DNA from: Thermoproteota archaeon | Lineage (GTDB): Archaea; Korarchaeota; Korarchaeia; Korarchaeales; Korarchaeaceae | Assembly: GCA_027491395.1 (NCBI GenBank) | Contig: JAOZFI010000041.1 | Coordinates: forward strand, 32,001 to 96,000 | Length of the DNA stretch: 64,000 nt | Direction: 5' to 3' | Part shown: piece by piece, positions 55,906 to 64,000 of the stretch | How the letters are laid out: each line of letters starts with the position of its first letter | Position numbering within the stretch: position 1 is the stretch's first letter | Notes under the pieces: generated by a model | What the model saw: only the letters and a program-made list of their open reading frames with translations | The model's database searches: none | Told to the model about the DNA's origin: nothing | Translations under genes and position numbers: made by a program

Positions 55906-57140
55906 CCACGCCAGCTCTTCAAGTATCTCTCCTGCTCTTTTGTTAGGGTATCTATCTCTATCCCCATGGACGCCAGCTTGAGCCTAGCCACCTCCTCATC
56001 TATGCTCCTCGGAACCGAGTGCACCTCTGGCTTTAGGTTCCTCCCCTCTTTGATCAGGTACTCGACAGCTAGGGCCTGATTGGAGAAGCTCATGTCCATG
56101 ACCTCGCTTGGATGCCCCTCCGCAGCAACCAGATTCACGAGTCTGCCCTCCGCCAACAGGTAGATCCTCCTCCCGTTGGGAAGCAAGTACTCTTTCACGT
56201 TATCCCTCATCCCCCTCTTGGAGAGGGCCATTAGCTCCAAGTCCTTGACCGATACCTCCACATCGAAGTGTCCCGCATTAGCCAGAATGGCTCCGTCCTT
56301 CATCAGGCTTATGTGCTCCGCTTTAATTACATCCTTGTTTCCCGTGGCGGTTACGAAGATGTCCCCTACCTTAGCCGCCTCCTTCATTGGCATAACTAAG
56401 TAGCCGTCCATGGCAGCCATCAGGGCCTTTATGGGATCGATCTCCGTTACTATGACCTTGGCACCCATTCCGCGGGCTCTCATGGCTATTCCCCGACCGA
56501 CATGTCCGTATCCGGCTACCACGAAGTATTTACCGGCTATCATAACATTAGTCGCCCTCAGAATACCGTCGATCGTACTCTGGCCAGTTCCATAGACGTT
56601 ATCGAAGTTCCACTTAGTCTCCGCGTTGTTAACCGCTATAACCGGGTACTTGAGCACCCCATCCCTAGCTAGGGACTCTATCCTGAGGACACCAGTGGTG
56701 GTCTCCTCGGTCCCGCCGATCACATCGTCAGCGAATCCCTTCTCGTGGGCCATCACCGTAATGTCCCCACCATCGTCCATCGTGATGTGAGGTTTGCAGC
56801 TCAACGCTTTCTCTATTGCCCAGAAGTACTCTTCCTCGCTCATCCCCCTCCAAGCGTACACATCTATTCCCCCCTCTGAGAGGGCCGCCGCGACGTCATC
56901 CTGAGTGGAGAGGGGATTCGATGCCGACAGGCAGACCTCCGCCCCACCCTCCTTCAATGTCAATACTAGGACAGCCGTTTCCTTGGTGACATGGAGGCAC
57001 GCAGCTATTCTGATGCCCTCTAAGGGCCTCTCCTTGGAGAATCTCTCCGATATTGTGTCCAACACGGGCATATGGGCCTTGGCCCATTCTATTTTCAACG
57101 CGCCCTTCTCAGCTAGGCCGGGATCCTTGACCTTAGGCAT
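55902..57140 (-). CDS. ahcY: Adenosylhomocysteinase
   Basis: [46 protein letters not shown]. Confidence 0.97.
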   Translation of the reverse strand: MPKVKDPGLAEKGALKIEWAKAHMPVLDTISERFSKERPLEGIRIAACLHVTKETAVLVLTLKEGGAEVCLSASNPLSTQDDVAAALSEGGIDVYAWRGMSEEEYFWAIEKALSCKPHITMDDGGDITVMAHEKGFADDVIGGTEETTTGVLRIESLARDGVLKYPVIAVNNAETKWNFDNVYGTGQSTIDGILRATNVMIAGKYFVVAGYGHVGRGIAMRARGMGAKVIVTEIDPIKALMAAMDGYLVMPMKEAAKVGDIFVTATGNKDVIKAEHISLMKDGAILANAGHFDVEVSVKDLELMALSKRGMRDNVKEYLLPNGRRIYLLAEGRLVNLVAAEGHPSEVMDMSFSNQALAVEYLIKEGRNLKPEVHSVPRSIDEEVARLKLASMGIEIDTLTKEQERYLKSWRG

Positions 57141-57176
57141 GTCGCATCGCTTAGCTAGTAGGTGAGGAAATAAAAA

Positions 57177-57398
57177 TCACTCCCTCTTTGCTATCTGGAC
57201 CAGCCAGTGATCCCCTCTCTTCACGACGGCCTTTAATATGTGACCGGTCCTCTTTACCCAGTCGTAAACCTCGTCTACCGATTCCTTATCATTAATGAGA
57301 AAGTTTACCGTCTCACCTGGGGAGGCTTTCTTCACGGTCTTCGCTATCTGTATTATCGGATAGGGGCTCCTCTTACCCCTCAGATCGATGGTCCTCAT
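57177..57398 (-). CDS. TusA/SirA-family protein lacking the catalytic Cys
   Basis: IDLRGKRSPYP (CPxP becomes SPYP), W..RTGH, 73 aa. Confidence 0.82.
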   Translation of the reverse strand: MRTIDLRGKRSPYPIIQIAKTVKKASPGETVNFLINDKESVDEVYDWVKRTGHILKAVVKRGDHWLVQIAKRE

Positions 57399-57925
57399 AT
57401 TCTCACAACCCTCCTCCCTAGCACCTCCTCAACGAGGGCCTCCTCCACCCCTTCATCTAACATCTTGTACATCAGATAGGCATCCTCCCCATCAGCATAG
57501 TAGGCGGGAATTATCCCGAGCTTCTTGTAGCCCATACCGTCGTACAGTTTTATCGCGGGCTCGTTGGAGACCCTTACCTCGAGGTAAACCGCGTCAGCCC
57601 CGTATCCCTTCAGACCCTTCTCCGCTCCCTCCATTAGTGCCTTGCCTATACCCTTCCTCCTGTGCTTCTTGCTCACAGCTATGGAGAGGACGTGGCCAAG
57701 CAGGATAGTCTGATCCCTAGCGTAATAGCTCTCGACCCTGCACATCACGTATCCAACGACCTTACCGTCATCGTCTTCCGCCACCAAGAAGCTGTTCGGG
57801 AACCTCCTGTAGTTCTCTATGAAGAAATAGCTGGGGTAGTTCTCAGGCAAGAAGACCCTGTTGATGCGCTCAACCTCCTCCAAGTCCTCGGGCTTGAAGG
57901 GTCTTATCCTGTAGCCTTGGAGCAT
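57395..57925 (-). CDS. rimI: N-terminal acetyltransferase (Ard1/RimI family)
   Basis: LPENY, GHVLSIAV, RRKGIG, LEVRVSN, YYADGEDA. Confidence 0.92.
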   Translation of the reverse strand: MLQGYRIRPFKPEDLEEVERINRVFLPENYPSYFFIENYRRFPNSFLVAEDDDGKVVGYVMCRVESYYARDQTILLGHVLSIAVSKKHRRKGIGKALMEGAEKGLKGYGADAVYLEVRVSNEPAIKLYDGMGYKKLGIIPAYYADGEDAYLMYKMLDEGVEEALVEEVLGRRVVRI

Positions 57926-57979
57926 CACATGGAATTTCAACGAGATCATATATTTTAAACGAATGGTGCAGGATCTCTT

Positions 57980-59050
57980 ATGTCGAAAATACCACCCTCA
58001 GTGGAGGATGTAGTGGCTAAGAGTTTCGAAGTGAAAGATGTGGTCTATTATGAGGATAAGGTGGAGTTCTTACTGCAGGAGATAAGCCCCTTCGAGACCG
58101 GGCCCCTTTTCAAGAGTCTGTATATGAAGTTAACCGAGATGGACCTTCTCCCCAAGCTGTTTCACGATGGGGAGAATCTCAAGTTGCTCGTATTCCCCAT
58201 TCCCGAAAAGCTGGGTGTCAGTGATAAGTTGAGATATGCCCTCTCTGCGGTTACCGTCGCTGCTGTCCTCTTCTCTGCTTGGATTATCTCAGATGGAACT
58301 GCCTCTCTCTTGAGAGAATTAGGGATGCAGGTGGATATACTCAGCTCCACAATCTTCCACTCGCTCGGGATACTGGCCTTCCTGCTGGTGCACGAGCTGG
58401 GCCACTCGCTCAGGTGGGAGGGCAAGTACAAGGTGGACCTGATGATTCCGGCGCCTCCCCCTCCCCTCGGATTCGGCACCTTGGGGGACCTGCTCGTGAG
58501 GGACAGGCCCTTCATCAACAGGGAAGAGCAGCAGGATGTGGCGCTTTACGGTTTACTAGCGGGCCTCTCGATCGGTTTGATAATCTCCCTCTTGGGGCTC
58601 CTCCAATCGGTTCCCGTTCCATCGGATGTAGCTTCAACTTGGATAGAGGAAGGGAAAGCTGGAATGCTACCGACCCCCCTCGTCTTCCTGCTGATGGAAG
58701 TCGCCCTCTCTCCTGGCGGCGGGAACATGTTCCTGCTGTCACCTCTGGCGCTCGCCGGTTTGGGTGCCCTGCTGATATCTTTCTTCCTGTCAATGCCCAT
58801 CATCCCATGGGACGGAGGTCACGTAGCCAGTTCACTCACCGGAGGCAGGATGAGATGGCTCGAATGGATAGCAGTCTTGGGGATGATACTCATCAACCCA
58901 CTATTGGGCGCCCTGATGCTGATAGCCAAGTTGATGCCAGCCTATCCTGCGGTGTTGGATGAGTATAGTGAGGTACCGCAGAGAAAGAAGAGGAGAGGAT
59001 TATTCCTTTACCTGCTAATATTAATGATCTCGGTGCCCGTCCTCCAATAA
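57980..59050 (+). CDS. Site-2 protease (M50 intramembrane metalloprotease)
   Basis: HELGH, GTLG, P..PWDGGH, multi-TM. Confidence 0.87.
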   Translation: MSKIPPSVEDVVAKSFEVKDVVYYEDKVEFLLQEISPFETGPLFKSLYMKLTEMDLLPKLFHDGENLKLLVFPIPEKLGVSDKLRYALSAVTVAAVLFSAWIISDGTASLLRELGMQVDILSSTIFHSLGILAFLLVHELGHSLRWEGKYKVDLMIPAPPPPLGFGTLGDLLVRDRPFINREEQQDVALYGLLAGLSIGLIISLLGLLQSVPVPSDVASTWIEEGKAGMLPTPLVFLLMEVALSPGGGNMFLLSPLALAGLGALLISFFLSMPIIPWDGGHVASSLTGGRMRWLEWIAVLGMILINPLLGALMLIAKLMPAYPAVLDEYSEVPQRKKRRGLFLYLLILMISVPVLQ

Positions 59051-59082
59051 ATTAAAAACTAACTTTCCACAGGCAGGATTGG

Positions 59083-59898
59083 ATGGACCACGAAGATTAC
59101 GACGAGAAGCTAGCTGAAAAGGAGGAGCTAGAGGAGAGGATAACCGAGCTCAGAGATCTGGTCACTAAATTAAGCGCCGAGACCGAGAAGCTAAACACGA
59201 GACATGAGACCCTCCTAAAGGGTATAGAGGACCTCCAGAGAAGGAAACTATCATTGGAGGACGAGATAACAAGGAGAAGGGCTGAACTGAGCCATCTAGA
59301 ATCCCAGATCGAGGAGTTGGAGAGGGACTTGGATGTTCTCAAGGAGGGGAGGGAGAGACTCAGGTCCGAGTACAACTCCCTAGAGTCCAGAAAATCGGTG
59401 CTGGAATCGGAGGTGTCTTCGCTTGGGGCTAAAATAGAATCCATGAGGAGAGAGGAATCTTCCCTGAAGGAGAGGATAAAGGAGCTCAGAAACCAAGTGA
59501 GGAAGCTTGAGAGCCAGAAGACTGTCCTGCTGGGAGAGATAGAGGAGCTCAGAAACATAAGGAACGACCTAGCCGAGGATATAAGGAAGATGGCCGAACA
59601 CATAAAGGAAGCCGCTCGAAACCTTACATCAGGCAGTGGACCACTGATCGAGGAGCTAAGGAAGATGTCCGACACGCTCAGGGACTACAAATCCGGACTG
59701 AATGGTCTGTCAGAGGAGTTGAGGGACCTCTCATCCTTCTTATCCAATCTTGAGTCTAGGCAGAGGCTATTAGAAACTCTGGATAGGGAAATCGAGGCGA
59801 GGAGAGCTAGGATAGACCTACTAAGGGCGGAAGAGGAGAGGTTGAGGAGATCCATATCCCAACTGGGCGGGCGCGGACTCGAGCCCCAAGAGGGATAA
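59083..59898 (+). CDS. Long coiled-coil protein, unknown function
   Basis: 271 aa of near-continuous L/I heptads, E/K/R-rich, no TM or ATPase motif. Confidence 0.75.
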   Translation: MDHEDYDEKLAEKEELEERITELRDLVTKLSAETEKLNTRHETLLKGIEDLQRRKLSLEDEITRRRAELSHLESQIEELERDLDVLKEGRERLRSEYNSLESRKSVLESEVSSLGAKIESMRREESSLKERIKELRNQVRKLESQKTVLLGEIEELRNIRNDLAEDIRKMAEHIKEAARNLTSGSGPLIEELRKMSDTLRDYKSGLNGLSEELRDLSSFLSNLESRQRLLETLDREIEARRARIDLLRAEEERLRRSISQLGGRGLEPQEG

Positions 59899-59937
59899 GT
59901 TAAAAATGAGGCATCCGACTAACACGGGGTATCTGCT

Positions 59938-60195
59938 ATGAGCGCGGAAAAGGCAGAGAAGGTAATCAGGGAAATAGAGGTTAAACCCTCCGTCCTAGAG
60001 CAGATCAAGAAGGAGGTCCAGAGATCCAAGGTAGTCACGCCTCAATCCCTCGCCCTGAAGTATAATATCCGGGTGAGTGTCGCTAGGAGATTACTGCGCG
60101 AGTTCGAGAAGGAGGGGCTCGTAATATATGTCGATGGCAATTCGAGGATAAGGATTTATAGGGGAACCAAGGCTAAGGCCCCGAAGGAGGGGTGA
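59938..60195 (+). CDS. rps25e: Ribosomal protein eS25
   Basis: KVVTP..LA.KYNI.VSVARRLLR.....G...RIY. Confidence 0.88.
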   Translation: MSAEKAEKVIREIEVKPSVLEQIKKEVQRSKVVTPQSLALKYNIRVSVARRLLREFEKEGLVIYVDGNSRIRIYRGTKAKAPKEG

Positions 60196-60212
60196 ACTCT
60201 TAACCCTTCTTT

Positions 60213-60632
60213 GTGAATTTTCCCTCCTCGGGGGTGAAACTATATTTGAGGAATAGATCAGAAGGGGTAGAGAAGTATCTTATATACATCAGATCCGGCA
60301 GTTTATTAAAAGAAGTTTCCGTAGAATTCCTGAGGCACCTCTCCCCTATAACGATAGAGAGGCTCTACAGGAACCTCCCGCTGCAGGGCATGGTGGTAAG
60401 GGACAACAACCTGATATACATCTCAGCCCCCATAGATACGAGGTTGGAGAAACCGAGGAATCGACTGAGGAAAGGGCATGTGGCCTATTCTCCCTCTAAG
60501 AAGATGATAATGATAGCATTGGAGGACGTTAGACTCAATGAAAGCGTTAACTCGCTCGGTAGAGTGGTCGAGGGGCTGGAAGAGCTTGAAAAACTGAGAA
60601 CCGGCAATATGGTGAGGTTGGAGAGGGAATGA
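60213..60632 (+). CDS. Cyclophilin-like fold protein (DUF369/TM1367-like); start uncertain
   Basis: HLSPIT....LP, EKPR..L.KG.VAY, VN.LGRV. Confidence 0.7.
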   Translation: MNFPSSGVKLYLRNRSEGVEKYLIYIRSGSLLKEVSVEFLRHLSPITIERLYRNLPLQGMVVRDNNLIYISAPIDTRLEKPRNRLRKGHVAYSPSKKMIMIALEDVRLNESVNSLGRVVEGLEELEKLRTGNMVRLERE

Positions 60633-61282
60633 TCTCCTTTCTCTGGAAGGGATGCTCGGCGATCCTACTCAGGGTGCAGGACCTCAACCTGCTGATGGAT
60701 CCGGGCGATCACTTCGCCATAGAGGAGCTACACAGCATCGCTGCTTGGGTGGATGCCGTATTCTATACCCACGAGCACACCGGGCACTTCGATCCGGATT
60801 TTCTCAGCTCTCTGATAAGGGAATTCTCCCCGTACATGATCGTGAATAAGGGGGTCTTCAGGACCATAAGGAGGTGGGTGGACTGGGATCGACTGATCAA
60901 GCTGAAGGAAGGGGAGAGTACCGAGGTTCTAGGGATTAGAGTTCACGCGCTCAGGGCCGTGCATCCCGGAGTTCATCCCGTGGTGTTCCTGCTGGAGATC
61001 GGAGGTAAAGCAATATTTCACGGCGATAGCTCGGGATTCTCCCACATGTTCGAGGCCTTTTCCCCTGTGGATCTGGCCTTCGTACCCTCAGGGAGTCCCT
61101 CCCCAAATGCCAATCCTAAGGAGGCAGTGAGGATAATCAGGGCCCTAGTACCTAGAGTAGTAGTACCTTTCCACGGGGACTCCTCGGAGCTCCAAGAAGT
61201 GGAGAAGAGGGTGAGGTTGGCGAATCTCAACACCGAGGTGGTCTTGCCCGAGCCCGGCGAGCTGATCACGCTCGAGATTTGA
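60629..61282 (+). CDS. Metallo-beta-lactamase-fold hydrolase (UlaG-like)
   Basis: LMDP, THEHTGH, FHGDS, VVPFHG. Confidence 0.82.
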   Translation: MISFLWKGCSAILLRVQDLNLLMDPGDHFAIEELHSIAAWVDAVFYTHEHTGHFDPDFLSSLIREFSPYMIVNKGVFRTIRRWVDWDRLIKLKEGESTEVLGIRVHALRAVHPGVHPVVFLLEIGGKAIFHGDSSGFSHMFEAFSPVDLAFVPSGSPSPNANPKEAVRIIRALVPRVVVPFHGDSSELQEVEKRVRLANLNTEVVLPEPGELITLEI

Positions 61283-62237
61283 AGTGTTCCCATCCCCCCT
61301 CCTCAACTTCCTCTACCTTACCATCCAGTCTCACGAAGACTCCCCTATCCTCCACCACTCTACCGATCCTGATTAGGGAGAGGCCCTCCTTGGAGAATTC
61401 CTCCTCTAGAGAATAGACCCTGTCTTGAGGAACGGAGAATACTATCTCATACTCCTCTCCTCCATGAAAAGCTACCTCCACCGGATCGATCCTTCCCTTA
61501 GAAGCGAGCATCTCCACCATTGGGTGGAGAGGAATCCTCTCAACTAAGAATCCAAATCCACTCGCTCTAGAGAGTTCCTCGAGCGACCAATAGAGCCCGT
61601 CGCTGCTATCAACTGATGATGAGGCATAAGCTGATGCAGCGATACCCTCTTGGATTCGAGCTATCGGTTCGTAAGCCGCCTTCAAGGCTTCAACCCTCAC
61701 ATCGCTTGGCAAGTCCATGCCCCCGAGGAGGTGCTGGAAGGCCAGCCAAGTGAGTCCAAACCAACCCGTAGTGAACAGCACATCTCCCGGCTTTGCTCCA
61801 GACCTCTTCACCAAGTTACTCTCGATTTTACCCACTGCGAAGCCTGCAATCACGAGTTCTCTCGATTCTCCAAGGTCCCCACCGACGAAGTAGGCGCCGA
61901 ATTCCCTAGATCCCTCCTCCAATCCCTTCACCACAGAGATAAACTCCTCGTCGCTCATATCCCTGCTTAGTCCAGCGGAGGCCATGAAGAAGAGAGGTCT
62001 AGCTCCCTTAGCAGCCAGATCTGAGAAGTTGGAGACCACGCACTTCCTGGCCAACTGCCTGAGGCTCATCCCCGGTAATAGATCGGTCGCCTCAGCCACC
62101 ATGTCGGTATTAAACACGTAGATCCCATCGACCAGCCTCCTAGCTGAAGCATCATCTCTACCGGGTTCTAGAAGCTCCTCAGGATCCCTACTGATGATCT
62201 CTCTGATCAGATCGATGAGTTCCCTTTCCGGTCTCAC
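61266..62237 (-). CDS. thiL: Thiamine-monophosphate kinase
   Basis: DDA, NFSDLAAKGARP, GGD, RSGAKPGD, DSSDGL, GGEEYE. Confidence 0.94.
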   Translation of the reverse strand: MRPERELIDLIREIISRDPEELLEPGRDDASARRLVDGIYVFNTDMVAEATDLLPGMSLRQLARKCVVSNFSDLAAKGARPLFFMASAGLSRDMSDEEFISVVKGLEEGSREFGAYFVGGDLGESRELVIAGFAVGKIESNLVKRSGAKPGDVLFTTGWFGLTWLAFQHLLGGMDLPSDVRVEALKAAYEPIARIQEGIAASAYASSSVDSSDGLYWSLEELSRASGFGFLVERIPLHPMVEMLASKGRIDPVEVAFHGGEEYEIVFSVPQDRVYSLEEEFSKEGLSLIRIGRVVEDRGVFVRLDGKVEEVEEGGWEHFKSRA

Positions 62238-62297
62238 GATACGAAGATCCCGACTAAATGTTAAATCTCTTTCCTAATGAGGAGGCTAGGTGGTCGC

Positions 62298-63619
62298 ATG
62301 GTTAAGAAGGTCGTCATAATGGGGGCCGCAGGCCGCGATTTCCACAACTTCAACGTCTTCTTCCGGGACAATGAGGATTACCGGGTGGTCGCCTTCACGG
62401 CGGCCCAGCTACCCGATATAGCAGGCAGGATATACCCGCCCGAGCTGGCAGGTAGGCTTTACCCAGAGGGCATACCCATAGTCCCGGAGGAGGATCTCCC
62501 TAGGCTGATAAGGGAGCAGAGAGTTGACTTAGTCGTCTTCTCTTACAGCGACGTCTCTCACCAGTACTTGATGGAAAGGGCTGCGGTAGCTCAGGCCAAC
62601 GGCGCCGATTTCATGCTGCTAGGTCCTAAGAGCACCATGCTTGAGTCGGAGAAGCCCATCATTGCTGTCACAGCCGTCAGGACGGGGGCTGGGAAGAGCC
62701 CAACCAGCCGGAGGATATCCAAGATACTGAAACAGAGAGGGCTCAAGGTAGCGGTAGTCAGGCATCCTATGCCCTACGGAGACCTGAAGAAGCAAGTGGT
62801 CCAGAAATTCACCTCCCTAGGGACCTAGACAGGTATAACGCCACTATTGAGGAGAGAGAGGACTACGAACCTCATCTGAAGCTGGGCAACGTGGTTCTGG
62901 CTGGAGTGGACTACGAGAAGGTGCTAAGGGAAGCGGAGAAGGAGGGAGACGTGATCCTGTGGGACGGTGGAAACAACGACTTCCCGTTCTTCAAGCCGGA
63001 CCTGATGATCACGGTAGCCGATCCCCTCAGAGCAGGGCATGAGCTTACATACTGGCCTGGCAGCGTGAACATCAGGATGGCGGATGTGGTAATAATAAGC
63101 AAGGTGGACACGGCAAGCTACACCCAAGTAAACGAGATCCTTGAGAACTTAGAGAGGGTCAACCCTAAGGCTAGAGTGATCACCGCCGCCATGCCCTATA
63201 TGGTCGAGGAGCCCGAGCTGGTGGAGGGCCGGAGGGTAGTGGTGGTGGAGGACGGCCCGACGGTCACCCACGGCGAGATGGGCTACGGTGCTGGATATTT
63301 GATGGCGAAGAGGCTTCATGCTGAAGTAATTGATCCCAGACCCTACGCAGTCGGGTCCATAAAGGAGGTATACGATAAGTACCCGCATCTGGGACCCGTG
63401 CTACCGGCGATGGGCTACAGCAATAGGCAGATGCGTGAGCTGGAGGAGACGATTAACGCGATACCTGCGGAAGCGGTTGTCCTAGGAACACCAACTGACT
63501 TGGGCAGGTATCTGAAGATAGACAAGCCAACGGCCCATGTGAAGTATGAACTACAAGAGATAGGGCCACTCACCTTGGACAAGGTAATCGACGATTTCCT
63601 AGAAAGGGTGAGACTTTGA
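62298..63619 (+). pseudogene. COG2403 cDPG-synthetase-like P-loop protein (arginine synthetase ArcE-like), split by a 1-nt frameshift at ~62820
   Basis: MGAAGRDFHNFN, RTGAGKS, RHPMPYG in frame 1; DLDRYNATIEEREDYEPH, WDGGNND, VEDGPT in the -1 frame; could be an assembly error. Confidence 0.75.
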
Positions 63620-64000
63620 ATGGAAGGGAGAGGAGGATCTGGCTCCTCACATGGAAGGAGTTCAAGGAAGCTTTGGAGGATACGGACCTAGTTATACTAC
63701 CCATGGGCGTCAGCGAGGCTCATGGAAACCACCTGCCTCTGGGCACTGACTTCATCATACCTGAATGGATAGCGGAGTGGCTGGCCGAGGAGCTGAATGC
63801 ACTGATCGCACCCCCCATAAGATACGGGGTCGTTACTGGCCTCTCTGGGTATTGGGGGTCTATGAGCGTGAGGGAGAGCACCTTGGAGGCGCTCACGTAC
63901 GACGTACTGACCGAACTCTCCAACAACGGATTCGAGCGGGTGATAATACTCAACGGTCACGGTGGTTCCGGTCAAGTTAGGGCGATCACCAATGCCATGA
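63616..64000 (+). CDS. Creatininase/creatinine amidohydrolase family protein (partial, runs off the window)
   Basis: Manual translation from TTG 63616: ..LTWKEF..ILPMGVSEAHGNHLPLGTD..ILNGHGG. Confidence 0.85.
   Translation, partial: MNGRERRIWLLTWKEFKEALEDTDLVILPMGVSEAHGNHLPLGTDFIIPEWIAEWLAEELNALIAPPIRYGVVTGLSGYWGSMSVRESTLEALTYDVLTELSNNGFERVIILNGHGGSGQVRAITNAM

Noticed and set aside
1-64000. CRISPR arrays, IS elements, rRNA, inteins
   Set aside because: No regularly spaced repeats, transposase motifs, rRNA-like tracts or unexplained in-frame insertions were seen by eye.

Overview
Gene-dense (many 1-50 bp overlaps), GC-moderate archaeal chromosomal DNA. It encodes eS25, TFE, an intron-containing tRNA, archaeal SRP RNA, tungsten-type AOR and NurA-HerA-Mre11-Rad50. 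This points to a (hyper)thermophilic TACK-type archaeon, most plausibly Korarchaeota (inference). It is mostly core genome: about 60 CDS, 5 tRNAs and the SRP RNA. I found no transposase, integrase, CRISPR array or rRNA. The best leads are: (1) an unannotated ~92-nt G-U-rich hairpin RNA with its own apparent promoter and U-tract, just upstream of the SAM synthetase gene; (2) a PspA/ESCRT-III-like gene coupled to a 2-TM winged-helix protein; (3) a polytopic membrane-FHA protein coupled to a Ser/Thr kinase with a pseudo-FHA tail; (4) a LipS2-LipS1 lipoyl synthase pair divergent from AOR-MoaD; (5) a nurA-herA-mre11-rad50 operon extended by Hsp20 and a SftH/Hrq1-like helicase; (6) several motif-degenerate proteins; (7) probable non-canonical ATA/ATC starts; (8) a single-base frameshift in a COG2403 (cDPGS/ArcE-like) gene. 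All family calls come from recognising motifs by eye; no database searches were run.
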